DNA of 63,998 nucleotides, the filler included, from Basidiobolus ranarum (lineage: Eukaryota), in NCBI GenBank assembly GCA_040143965.1. It is 8 parts of 8 records of this genome, joined end to end, with 100 filler letters (N's around TTAATTAATTAA, not from the genome) between each part and the next. Parts side by side here need not be neighbours in the genome. Positions count along the whole stretch, not along the records: positions 1 to 8,041 come from JASJQH010001029.1; positions 8,142 to 16,178 come from JASJQH010001030.1; 6 more parts are not named here. One strand, 5' to 3'. Each line of letters starts with the position of its first letter. Within the stretch, counting starts at the first letter, position 1. This document shows, one piece after another, positions 1 to 10,933 of this stretch. The notes beneath the pieces were generated by a model. It saw only the letters and a program-made list of their open reading frames with translations. It was not told where the DNA came from and searched no databases. The position numbers and the translations under genes were made by a program.

Positions 1-189
1 CAGTCCTTGTATGCTATGCCTATATTGCTAGGGAACCTTAACCTAGTCTGTCAATGTATGGTACTTTGGCATTTCAGCTGTACAAGCAACTGATTGGCCT
101 TAGACTTTGTGTTCAGATGCAGTCACCATACTCCATATTTTCCTCTTTGGGAATTACTGCTTTTACCACAAGACATCAGACTTTCAACA

Positions 190-3100
190 TTCCCCCTCTT
201 TGACTAGATAACCCCATGGCTGAAACTATGCTATGATGTATCTTAATCTATTTTACCAAGGTGTCTTTTTTGCAGCTTTCCTAGAAATGCCATCTGATTA
301 GCACAAGAACAAAATAGTCCAAATTATAGAGTACTGACTATATGTCTATGGATTGGGCTTTGTTGCAGTTGTTGCGCCAAACAATGTTAAACCCATGAGC
401 ACAGTGAAAAGAGCCCTGTGTTGGAAGGTCCATATAGTCAGGAGTCTCCTTAACCCACTGCATCACATCCATCACTGATCTTGCCATTACATTGTTAATC
501 AGTTTAGCATATGGTAATACCAATGCTTTTGCACAGAGCATCATTTTCCAGCAGGTACATTTCATTGTGAGCTCCCACAATGTTTACCAAGGGCCTGTGA
601 TATATACCCATTGTGAAGTTGCAGCAGGAAATGTATTGAATTTCACTGAAGATTCAGTCTATTTTTGTTAAACCTGTAATAAACTTTTTCATATCCTATT
701 ACAAAATCTGTGGCTGCCAAAGATCTGCTATTGTGTGTTGATGCAATTAGAATATATATTCAATATTCCCAAACAACTCCCAATGTTACTAGTGTATGTC
801 AGGCAAAGATGTTTTTCCAGACTACACTCAAATATATACAAACACAAAGTTTCTAGCCTTGGCATTTAAATAAATGCACTAGTATTTGAAATACTCCAAC
901 AATATCTTACACATATAACGCAGCACAAATCTTGTATGTTGCTTTATACAGCTTTTTGCAAGTCAAGTGTAGGAACAATTATTTTTGATTACTTCCAATT
1001 GCAACAGTTCTTATTTGTTTATAAAAGTTTCAATTGCAAACATTAGCTTGTGAGCCAGAGCATTCCAAGCATGCAAGAATAATAAGATTTGATCAACTAA
1101 TGGTGGAGCTACTAATATTTCAAAACTGCCATTGCCAAAGTTAACACTAGAATGTGTTCAGATCACAGGAATTTGTGACTTGAGGATGCTAACAAAATCA
1201 GTGTAAACTTCTGATCTAATCAAACAACTGTCTTCCATTTTAAGTAATGCTGCAACAACATTAGATGCTGATGGGCTCCAAATTCCAGACCAACCGGTGC
1301 AGTATTGATGATCTATGGGCAATTAAATGCTTTTCCACCAACTCATAGCATTCACACTCAGCCACCACTTCATAGCATTGAATCACAGCCATTCCTGCAT
1401 ATAAGCAACCCTTCTGGTGTTGAAAATACCTCTAGCCTTAGCACCAAGCAAAACTGTAATGTATCCTCTGTCCTTTCTTATACTAGATATTCTGCCCAGT
1501 GTCATAGTAGGATAATAAAATTTATATTGCAACACAACTAGGCTGACTTCTGAAGATTACAGCTTAGATTCTGTGATAGTTATTTTCACTTTTATAGCCA
1601 TTCAATACAAATAACTCTTAATCAAAGTTTTGCCAATCTTCTAGATTTATATCTTTTCCTTCAGACTTCAGGTTAGAGAAACTAATTAGGCTATATCTAG
1701 CCTTATTGTATTGAAGATTTGTAATAGATCTATAATCAGCAAGAATCTTTCCCAGAAATCTTCAAGCTATGGACTCACTAGAGTGTGTGTTTACCCTTTG
1801 ACAATTGAGTAGAGAATATATCACCTATCAATACTCTTAAGCTTCCATTATAAAAATTCAGCTTTACTGGAGATTTTCAAGAGGATTAAACTTTCCATTA
1901 GAAATTGAAGTCAACACCTTTAACCCATACTGCAATCTCTAGATGAGTGGATGCTGATGAGAGTCCTGGTAAGATACAATGGTATCCTGACATTTTCAAG
2001 CATTTTCCTAATTGTCTCAAACATTTATCCTATGCTATCTAGCTTACTGGATTGAATTTCCACTGAGCTCCTGAGTAAGTAATACTGGAATGTGATTGAA
2101 TTGCAAGTGCATAGTACCTAATGAGAAGCTCTGGCTGCAGTTGACCCCTTGTAGCAACATAATCTTAGGCTTATGGCTAATCCCAAGTTTGATGTTAGTG
2201 TGACTCTTTGGTGAATTGATATCAATGAACATGTCAAGACCTAGCTGGGCTCTTGATGGTAAAGTGCTGGAGTATGGTATTGTATTTAGATAATAGTAAT
2301 GCATATTCCAGGTAGAGTAAAGTCCATGGATCTGACAGAATATACAGAAAGATAGTACATTGTGCTCACAAAAACCTTGAAGTTTACTAATGGCTGGTGT
2401 GTCACCAGTACATGCAACAATATCAGCTTTGAGAAATTATTCACCCATCTACACCTATTCAAGAACATTTCAGATTCCACAATTGAAGGCTTCAAGAAGC
2501 TATCTATAAGCACTGGTGATATATGTACAGAAATAATGGAGAGTATCAAAACATTATGACTCATAGACTGTTCCTAAGGAGGAATACTTAAGTTATTTAA
2601 ACTATTGGCTAGCAAGCCTTTCCAGCAGTATAGTTGTATGGTGAGAAATTATCTGAAGCCAATGCAAATGCTTGATCATATGTGTTCTCAAACAAATCTT
2701 AACTTTGCAGATTCCTGTAGTAATACTGCTCAAGTATATTGTTAATACCATGAGTTTTAAAATGAGTACTTTGGTACTGAATCAATGATCTATATTTGGG
2801 TGATTGTCAATACTTTAGGACAAGGAATTGATGGTCTGTATGCCAAATATGAACAGTTTTTACTTGATTCAGTGATTGCCAACTGTGTGCAAATAGTACA
2901 TGACTTCAGGTTTTTTCAGATAACCAATGAAACCCAAGCATTCATTTTGACATCAAGGTAGCTTAGTTATTAAATGGCTATAATTGATATACTTGACAAG
3001 TGTTTTCCACTTCTACCAGGTCCACAGCAAGAAGCTGCTAATCAACTGTGATATATTTGTAACAAAACCTGGAAACACCTGGCTACTAAGAGTGGAATGA

Positions 3101-4060
3101 ACTCTCCTTTCAGAAGGAGGAAGATTTAGTTAATTAAAATTATCCACCAGCAAGCCTTTCCAATGGTTTTTGTTTAGTGAGAAACCATCCAGAGCCAAGG
3201 CAAATGCATGATCATACATGTTCTCAAAGAAACCTTCACTTTTCTGATTCTGGTAGAGATTTCCATCAAGTATATTAGTAATACCATCAGCTTTATAAAG
3301 AGTACTTTGGTATTAGATCAATGCTCTATATTTGGGTGAAGCTCTTCAAAACTCCAAGATGGGGAATCAACAGTATGAAAGCCAAATGTGAATGATATTT
3401 AGCTGATTCAGTGATTGCAAATTGTGTGCAAACAGTACATTACTTCAGGTCTTTCAGATCACCAGTGAAAGTCAAATAACTATTTGGACAAGAAGGTAGT
3501 TTAACTACTGAAGGATTATAAGTCTTACATTTGTCAAGTGGTTTCTACTTGTATCAGGTCTATGGCAAGCAACAGTTGCCACTCAACTGTGGTAAAAGTG
3601 TAAGAAAACCAATAAACATCTGGTTGCTAAGATTTGATTGAACTCTCCACTCCTGAATAATCAAAGCTGCTCCCTTGAGCATAAGTGTTTGGAGTGGATT
3701 GATGCTTTCCAATAATAAAGAGTTCATTAAAACACTATCATCTTCTTCTCATATAATGCCATTGAGACTATGATAGCAAAGGTTGTCACTATTTATACTG
3801 ACCATACTTTGCGCAGCTGGTGACTTTGTATAGTTACAGTGCTTATGATTATTTCTTCTATGAAAAAAAAGCAAGCTATATTTGCCAATTAGTGGTGGAC
3901 AAAGTGCTACAAAACCAATAAATAGCTGGTTGCTAAGATTAGGTGAACTCTTCACTCCTCATTAATTAAACTGCTTTGTTTACTGTAAGTGTAATTGGTG
4001 GACTAATGTTTCCAGTTTCAAAGAGTCCATAACAAAGCCATTGTCTTCTTGATCCATTGA
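190..4060 (-). mobile_element. Degenerate CACTA/EnSpm (Transposase_21-type) transposase relic, internally duplicated and interrupted
   Basis: Minus-strand fragments include ACTGDTPAISKLQGFCEHNVLSFCIFCQIHG (~2325-2415; the GDxPAxxK..GF.xH..C..C motif), NVLILSII..SPVLIDSFLKP and GTMHLQFNHIP. The N-terminal segment recurs at ~2585-3120, ~3121-3750 and ~3880-4050. Homologous to 8200-10060. Many stops; boundaries approximate. Confidence 0.75.
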
Positions 4061-4106
4061 GTTTTTCTTGCCTTCCTTCCTTTTATAGCTACTGGTACCT
4101 ACAAGC

Positions 4107-4380
4107 ACTATATCTACATCTTGAAAGCTGAAATACATTGATAGGTGTGTCAAGAAGGATATGATCCTAAACTTTGACTGTGTACTAGGAGATTATTGTG
4201 CAAATTCTCACTTTAGTTGTACTGAGATACAATTCACCTATGAACACTAAATCTACATCTATAAAAGTTGAATACATTGATAGCTGAGTCAATAAAGACA
4301 TGTACTTATACTTTCACTCTGTTTTAGGAGATTGTTGTCTAAGCTTGTACTCTATTTGCATTAGGATATAAGCCAAATAA
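4107..4380 (+). repeat. Diverged ~137-bp tandem duplication
   Basis: cactatatctacatc...aatacattgatagg (4107) and cactaaatctacatc...aatacattgatagc (4244) stay alignable through taggagatt. Confidence 0.7.
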
Positions 4381-4836
4381 TTTCATAGAAGCTGATGTTT
4401 TCATCCCCCCATATGATTGAGCTCTCTCATATAGCAAGCTGAAAGCCATGATTTTTGATTCACATGCTTATTGTGCAGTAATTGCATAGATTATGCAAAC
4501 TTAAGTGTTGTTGTAAAACTATGAACCTATTTAGCCAGGATTACTAGGAAATAATGTATATAAATGACACTATATTAAAATTGATTTTTTAACACTAGAG
4601 GCCCCATATTACTAAGTATCTTTTATATACCTAAGTAAATTCAGATTGGTGATGAACACTTATTGACTAACTGCCTTCAAATATATATTCATAGTACCAG
4701 CTAACAAAAAATTACATATTCACTCAGAAAGTTTGACATTGTGCAGTAGCATACACTTGCTGATCCCATATTCTTTACTTGATTTTTCTCTCTGAAACAT
4801 GTGAAAATATATACACACCTAGTTCCATGTAGATAG

Positions 4837-5184
4837 TGTTGAAATTAGCATTGCCCACAAACCTATATAGTCTTATATAACTTAGTACTTAGTTTACCTA
4901 TATCTCACTGAGAAACTATCAATTATTCTCATAAGTAATTTACTTTGAATATTGACACCAACTTAGAAGCCATCAGATATATAGATTTTTCAAACTTGGG
5001 CTAGAAGCCTCAAACTGTGCACACAGGTTTTTGGGATCTTCCTTAACACATTCTACATGTTATTTTGCTTACATCTTGAAAAAATTATATATGTTAACTC
5101 TCTACTTGATATATCAATATGTGAAAATCACCAATTTCCCTAATTCTCCAAACCACTTCCAACAGGCACCCAAATACTTTGACA
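4837..5184 (+). mobile_element. Solo LTR, Ty1/copia family B
   Basis: TGTTGAAATTAGC...ATACTTTGACA, flanked by a perfect 5-bp TSD GATAG (4832-4836 and 5185-5189). Homologous to the LTR at 22698-23041 that precedes a PBS and gag. Confidence 0.9.
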
Positions 5185-5636
5185 GATAGATGGCTGTTTA
5201 CCCATGTAAATAGACTAACCACAACTTATTCAATACAATATACAATTCATCTAATCTATTTGATTTATATTGAGCAACATTTAGTTGCTATATTCATCAT
5301 TGGATAGGGCTCATTATGTTGGGTTAGGCTAAGTGACACTGTAGATTTCAGCAATTTCCATTCTTACTTAGGGCCTGCTATATTGGATTTGCTCAGGTTG
5401 GTTCCCACTATATAGCATGGTGCTACAACATCAAATAATTGATTGTGAAATTAAGCTAATGTGTATCTCATTTCAACTTGTACCAGTAATTGGGCAGAAA
5501 TATGAAATCCATATATAATTGCAACTTACAGGTGAGATAGCCTAACCCTAGCCCATTTTTGTACCTAAGCAACCAGCCAACACTAACACAATATGCTAAA
5601 TCCTATTCACACAAACTCATTGTTGTGCTATTGGAA

Positions 5637-5905
5637 GTGTGGGTTGACATTGCAGAGTCTTTGCTCAAATATGGTCTTCATTATGAACCTAGTGGCAATG
5701 TAAAGCAAGTATCAGTATTTTAGGCTATATCTCTAGCTGGAAAGAAGGAAGATTGGTTGAATATTCAGCTCAAAGGATGGGGTGGGTTCACTCAAAAGGC
5801 TAACAATTACATTGATGTGCCTGGAGCCCATTACATGCTCATGGACCATCACTGCATTCCTTTGTTCCTGAGGTACCTCAAAGCAGAACTAAGGAATTTG
5901 AGCAT
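5637..5905 (+). pseudogene. Fragment of an A-T-TE quinone-synthetase (atromentin synthetase-like) thioesterase C-terminus, copy 1
   Basis: Reads WVDIAESLLKYGLHYEPSGNVKQVSVF*AISLAGKKEDWLNIQLKGWGGFTQKANNYIDVPGAHYMLMDHH..LKAEL. This resembles the remembered YEPSG.V..MSVFYAIPL.G.KEDWLN.QL..W.....N.YIDVPGEHYTLM pattern. In-frame TAG at 5721. Confidence 0.7.
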
Positions 5906-5989
5906 ATTTTCACTTTATGCATATATCTCATATCACACAAACAAAAGAATAAATGATAAACCATGAAACTAAACATACCAAAAAATAGG

Positions 5990-6200
5990 CAAACTTGACT
6001 AATTTTGATCTACCTTTAGTCCCACTTTGTTGAGGGCACTGTAACAAGGTATGGAAACATGGCTGCAGACTTGATTAGCAAGGCTGGTTATGCTCAAATT
6101 AGCAATGCTGGCAAGATTGCATGGAACTTCATTGGTCATTATCTTCATGACTTCTAGTCTGCCTTCTTCTGCTATCTCTTGTTGAGTGCATAACCCCTTT
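5990..6200 (-). mobile_element. Possible Tc1/mariner transposase HTH remnant
   Basis: Frameshifted fragments LNKRDSRR and VSIPCYSALNKVGLK recall the Tc1 pattern L..RD.R...VS..TVRRAL.K.GL. Weak. Confidence 0.3.
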
Positions 6201-6801
6201 TCATGATGGTTTTTGAATTTTTATTTCTCAATAAAATGGAAGTGAGAATTAATCAGTAAGCTTTTTACAAGGTTGTGGGTTTAGTGTTAAGTGAGTATTG
6301 ATGATTGGGAAAATCTAACAAAACAACATGCCGGCAATGGTAGCACTCAGCTGAGTAGATATAGTATCACACAACATGGCTCCCAAGGCCCTAATTTGAA
6401 TACCAAAAGATGCAAAGTTAGCAAATCTATAAAGATAATAAAAATTGAAAGATGAGATTCTCTCCCAGAGTATACCTGCAGTAGTTAATCCACAAATGTT
6501 GCAAATGCATTGACAAAAATGTTAGTGGTGACAGTGAGTAAATCAGCACTTAGAATACCCACATGAAAGGATAGAATAAACACACAACAATAAGTGCAAG
6601 AGTAAGAAAGTCCATTTTTAAGAAGTTTCCCACACTAATAAGGAAGGAATTGACCAAGGCTAGAAGAGAAACAAATGATACATCAGTGGCAAGAATCAAC
6701 AATATTTGTCTGCACTCTAGGGAATTTGGGTAGCAAATCCTGAAGTAATGGCATAATGAGGCTTACTGCAAGTCACAGTTGCTAAAAATGATGTATTATA
6801 G

Positions 6802-7070
6802 AAATGGGTTGACATTGCTGAGTCTCTACTCAAACAATGAATGTAGAGCAGGATAAAAATTTTAGGCCTTATATTTTACACCATACCTCTAGCTGGAAAG
6901 AAGGAAGCTTGGTTAAATGTTCAGCTTAAAGGTTGGGATGGGTTCTCTCAAAGAGTTCTCTAGAAAGGAAAGCAATTATATCTTAGTACCTGGTGCCCAT
7001 TACACATTCTTGAACCATCACTATGTTTCTTTGTTCTAGGTGTACCTCTGTGCAGAACTAAGTGGATTGA
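6802..7070 (+). pseudogene. Quinone-synthetase-like thioesterase C-terminus fragment, copy 2
   Basis: Direct repeat of 5637-5905. Reads KWVDIAESLLK...FYTIPLAGKKEAWLNVQLKGWDGFSQR...NYILVPGAHYTFLNHH, with indels and stops. Confidence 0.7.
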
Positions 7071-7506
7071 TCTTTATATCACATAACTGTCTATTCTTAG
7101 TGCATCATTGCTATTGCTATTGAACTCTGAAGTGATGGCAATGATCTTGATTCTAACTTACAATGTTTATTATACTTTGCATTTGTTTTGTTACTTCTGT
7201 CCTTCCTTACTTTTATAGGTCACTTTGTGTTGATATTTACTCAAGGTTCTATAATGCAAGTGTAAATATTTTATCTATGTATGCATTATATACAATTCAA
7301 TGGTACCTAAGATGTCAGTTCATACTGGAAACTATTAGCAAAAGCAATATGACATTCTGCATAAATCCTGGAGCATACACTTGTAGCAAGAGGTCATCAG
7401 TTGGTCAAATGTTGTTGTATCATAATTGTAAGTTTGATGTTTGTATAAAGTTGGTGTAAAGGTTAACAAACTAATAAACCAAAACAAAGGTTGGTTAGTA
7501 TGTTGA

Positions 7507-8006
7507 TTAATATGCACTAGCAAACAAAAATCTGACTGAAGCAATCCATTTGTTGCCACCAAGTTGCAAGTTACTATGGCCATTCTCAGCAAGCCTAATA
7601 TCAACCACCTTGTCTCCATTCTGCTTTGTCTGGTATAACTCGTAACAATTGCTTTCCTCATCCCTAGTGCCACTAATAAATAGAGGCTCTCCTCTGCCAT
7701 CAAAGTGTAGAATTTCCTGCTTTCCTTGTCTTTTTTGACTTTCAAAGGTGTCCAAACTCCATCCATGGCAGCAAAAGGCTGAATCCATTTGTCACTATAT
7801 ATTGATACTGCAATGGGGAATTTCCCGCTGGAATAATAAACCTCGTTCTGGTCATTGACATTCCAGTACCTGACTTTACCTGCGCCACACTCTTCAATGT
7901 AGTAGCGGCTACCGTGGAGCAAATGTTTTCCTTTACTGTCTACAAATCCTGCATTGACCAGAGCAGCAGCGGAAAGTAAAGTGCATAGGATAGATTTGAG
8001 AAGCAT
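7507..8006 (-). pseudogene. Secreted ~166-aa protein with Kunitz/beta-trefoil-like N-terminal motif, apparent 1-nt frameshift
   Basis: Signal peptide MLLKSILCTLLSAAALVNA is followed by FVDSKGKHLLHGSRYYI. Adding one base at ~7702-7704 joins this frame to the 7507..7788 frame (FDGRGEPLFISG...VRFLFASAY*). Confidence 0.55.
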
Positions 8007-8041
8007 GATTAACTGATCGATAACATCTCTTAGAATCCACT

Positions 8042-8141
8042 NNNNNNNNNNNNNNNNNNNNNNNNNNNNNNNNNNNNNNNNNNNNTTAATTAATTAANNN
8101 NNNNNNNNNNNNNNNNNNNNNNNNNNNNNNNNNNNNNNNNN
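8042..8141. other. Artificial contig spacer (N44-TTAATTAATTAA-N44)
   Basis: 100-bp N run with an all-frame stop linker in the middle. The identical spacer recurs 7 times. Confidence 0.98.
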
Positions 8142-8199
8142 ATTGGAAATTTCAAACTTGTCCAAATTGCCCCAAAGATAGCTCATTTTACTCCCACAG

Positions 8200-10060
8200 A
8201 TGTTCTGAACACAACCCCAGTGTTAGTTTTCTGTATTTCCACCAAAATGTATCAATGCTTTACTTCTGGACAATAAAAAACTATTTCACAAAGCTATTCC
8301 CAACTCCCCTCTTCTAAAGTTCCTCCAAACAGCCCATATTTTCCAAATAAAAACAAGATCTTGGATTTAGGCAAATTTCCGTAAATAATTCAGCCAATAT
8401 ATTTGCAAATTGCAGTCAACAAATGCCCTGCTGCAAGTAGATGTGTCATTGCTTGAAAAGATTACCCCATGGCTAAAACAATAATACTGCATATCTCAAT
8501 CTATCTCACCAAGAAGTCTGTCTTCCAGCTTTCCTAGAAATACCATCAAATTGTCACACAAACAAATTAGTCTGAATTATAGAAGTACTTACTCTGTGTC
8601 CATGGATTTGGCTTTGTTGTGTTATTATGCTCAAACAATGCAAAACCTACAAGAACATTGAAAAGAGCCCTTTGTTGAAGGTTTAATATACTCTGGAGTC
8701 TCCTTAACCCATTGCATTACATCCATCAACAATTTTGCTGATATATTGTTAATCAGATTAGCATACAGTAACACTGACAATTTCACACAAAGAATCATTT
8801 CACCATGGGTGCACTCCATTAGGAACTCCCAGAATTTATAGCAAGGGCCTATAATCTCTAAGTATTGTGAAAGATGCAGCAGGAATTGTATTGAATACCA
8901 GCACAGATTCAATCTATCTTCTTTAAACCTGTCATAAAGTTTTTCTTATCCAATTAAAAATTCTTTGCACAGTTGCTGTAACTGCCTGAGATCTGCCAAT
9001 GTGAGTTGATGCCATAAGAATATATTAACAATATCCACAAACAACTCCTAGTGGTGCCAATACTTATCAGGCAGAAATCTTTTCAAGATTCCACTTGAAT
9101 ATATACAAATCCAATACTTCCACTCTTTGCATTTGAAAAAACACCTACATGAGTGGATATTGATGGGAGTCCTGGTAAAATACAATGGTATCTTGATGAC
9201 CTCAATCATTTTCTCAAACAATTCAAACTTTGATCCTGTACCAAGTGGCTCATTCATATTGAACTTTGCACTATATAGCTGAGTAAGTAGTATTGTAACA
9301 ATGTTTAACAGTAAGTGCATAGTGCCTGATGGGAAGCTCTGGCACAATCTGATCCCTTTTAGCAATATACACTTGAGGCTAAATCCAAGAGTGATATTGG
9401 AATGCCTATTGGGTGAATGGGTATTGGTGAACATGCTGAAATCCATCTGGGCTCTTGATGGTAAAATCATGGTGTTTATTGTTGTATTTGATGTTGGTAT
9501 GCATCATCATATGTGTTCTCAAAGAAACCTTGACTTTTCCAATTCTGGTAGTGGTATCCATCAAGTATATTGGTACTACCATCAGCTTTATGGTGATTAT
9601 ATCAGTAATGGAATAATGACCTATACTTGGGTGATTCAATCAATACTCTAAGATGGGGAATCAATGGTATGTATGTCAAATATGAACAATATTTATCTGA
9701 TTCAGTGATTGTCAGTTGTGTGCAAACTATACATGACTTCACGTTTTTCAGTTCTTTGGTGAAGCCCAAACAACCATTTGGACATGAAGGTAGTTTAATT
9801 ACTGAAGGATTATAGGATATACACTTGACAAGTGTTTTCCACTTGTACCAGGTCTGTGGCAAGCAACAGTTGCCAATCAATTGTGGCAAAAGTGTAAGAG
9901 AATCAATAAGCATCTGGTTGCTAAGATTTGATTAGATGCTCCACTCCTCAATAAGCAAAGCTGCTTCCTTACACTGTAGATGTTATGAGTGGACTAGAGC
10001 TTGCCAATGACAAAGAGTCTGCAACAAAACCATTGTCTTCTTCTTCAACTGATATACCAA
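8200..10060 (-). mobile_element. Degenerate CACTA/Transposase_21 relic, copy 2
   Basis: Fragments PSCPNGCLGF, YLTYIPLIPHLRVLIESP, GTMHLLLNIV and RTPINIH..FKCKEWKYWICIYS..LPDKYWHH match fungal CACTA transposase motifs. Nucleotide homology to contig 1. The catalytic segment seen at 2290-2580 is deleted here. Confidence 0.75.
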
Positions 10061-10371
10061 CATCAGTACTGGAATAGTGAAGATCAACATCTAGCACCTA
10101 ACAAAAAAAATTTTGATTTGCATTTCATACTATTTTCTTACTGTTTTATAATGGTATTATGCTGATATTGCAACAATTTTCTTATGGTTTCTCTACAAAT
10201 CTTTTTTTCTTTCCATTTTCTTATGGTACTCCTACCCCTATCAGCTTGTGATTATTTTTTTTATAAAGCCTCTGGCTTTTATAGCACAAGAAGTTGTGAC
10301 AATGATAGCAGGGCTTCTTTGAATATTTGTATTTTAGCATGAGAAGGAGATTGTAGAAAATGGAACACCTG

Positions 10372-10581
10372 CTACATAGGACATATTCAATTCAATAAAA
10401 CTTAAGTGTCTAATTCACAAATCCAAATCTTGTCCAAAACACTTCCAAGTCCCCAAAACACTTTTATCAGGTTATGAGTCCCAAGCTAGTTTTTAAAGGA
10501 CTGTCTGTCAGTACTATTACCAATGTATTTACATCCACACAGAGTATGATGTGGAAGACTTTCACCTTTGGAAGTTCAACA
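10372..10581 (+). mobile_element. Outer Ty1/copia family A element: LTR 3' end, PBS and gag start
   Basis: LTR end ...cacttttatCA at 10469, PBS ggttatgagtccc at 10470, then gag start (DFHLWKF). Interrupted at 10581 by the inner element and resumes at 15193. Confidence 0.8.
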
Positions 10582-10933
10582 TGTTGATATTAGGTTAATA
10601 GCCACTCATTGCTTGGTAGTTGGTTTATTTGTATTCTGATTATTTAACACTCATTTCTGTCATTCAAAATTGTGTGTTTATTGCTCTAATTGATAGAAAT
10701 ATCAATTAGATCACTTTTACCAATTTTCACCATTTTCTCAAAACTTCTCCCAATCATCTCAAATTTTCACCCATGCTTAACAGGCAAGTTTGTTAGGATC
10801 TTAGCACATATAATAGGCCTATTTTTTAGTTAACTATATACAGAACATATTCAATTCAATAAAACATAAGTGTCAAATTCACAAATTGAAATCTTGTCCT
10901 AAATACTTCCAAATCCTCTAAACACTTTTATCA
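10582..10933 (+). repeat. 5' LTR, copia family A
   Basis: TGTTGATATT...CTTTTATCA, alignable to 14831-15192. Confidence 0.9.

Noticed and set aside
6340-6420. tRNA-like or SINE-like sequence
   Set aside because: Only a vague resemblance. No foldable cloverleaf or intact B-box.
10075-10079. TAGTG as a CACTA terminus
   Set aside because: It appears to fall within degenerate transposase coding sequence, and there is no matching TIR or TSD.
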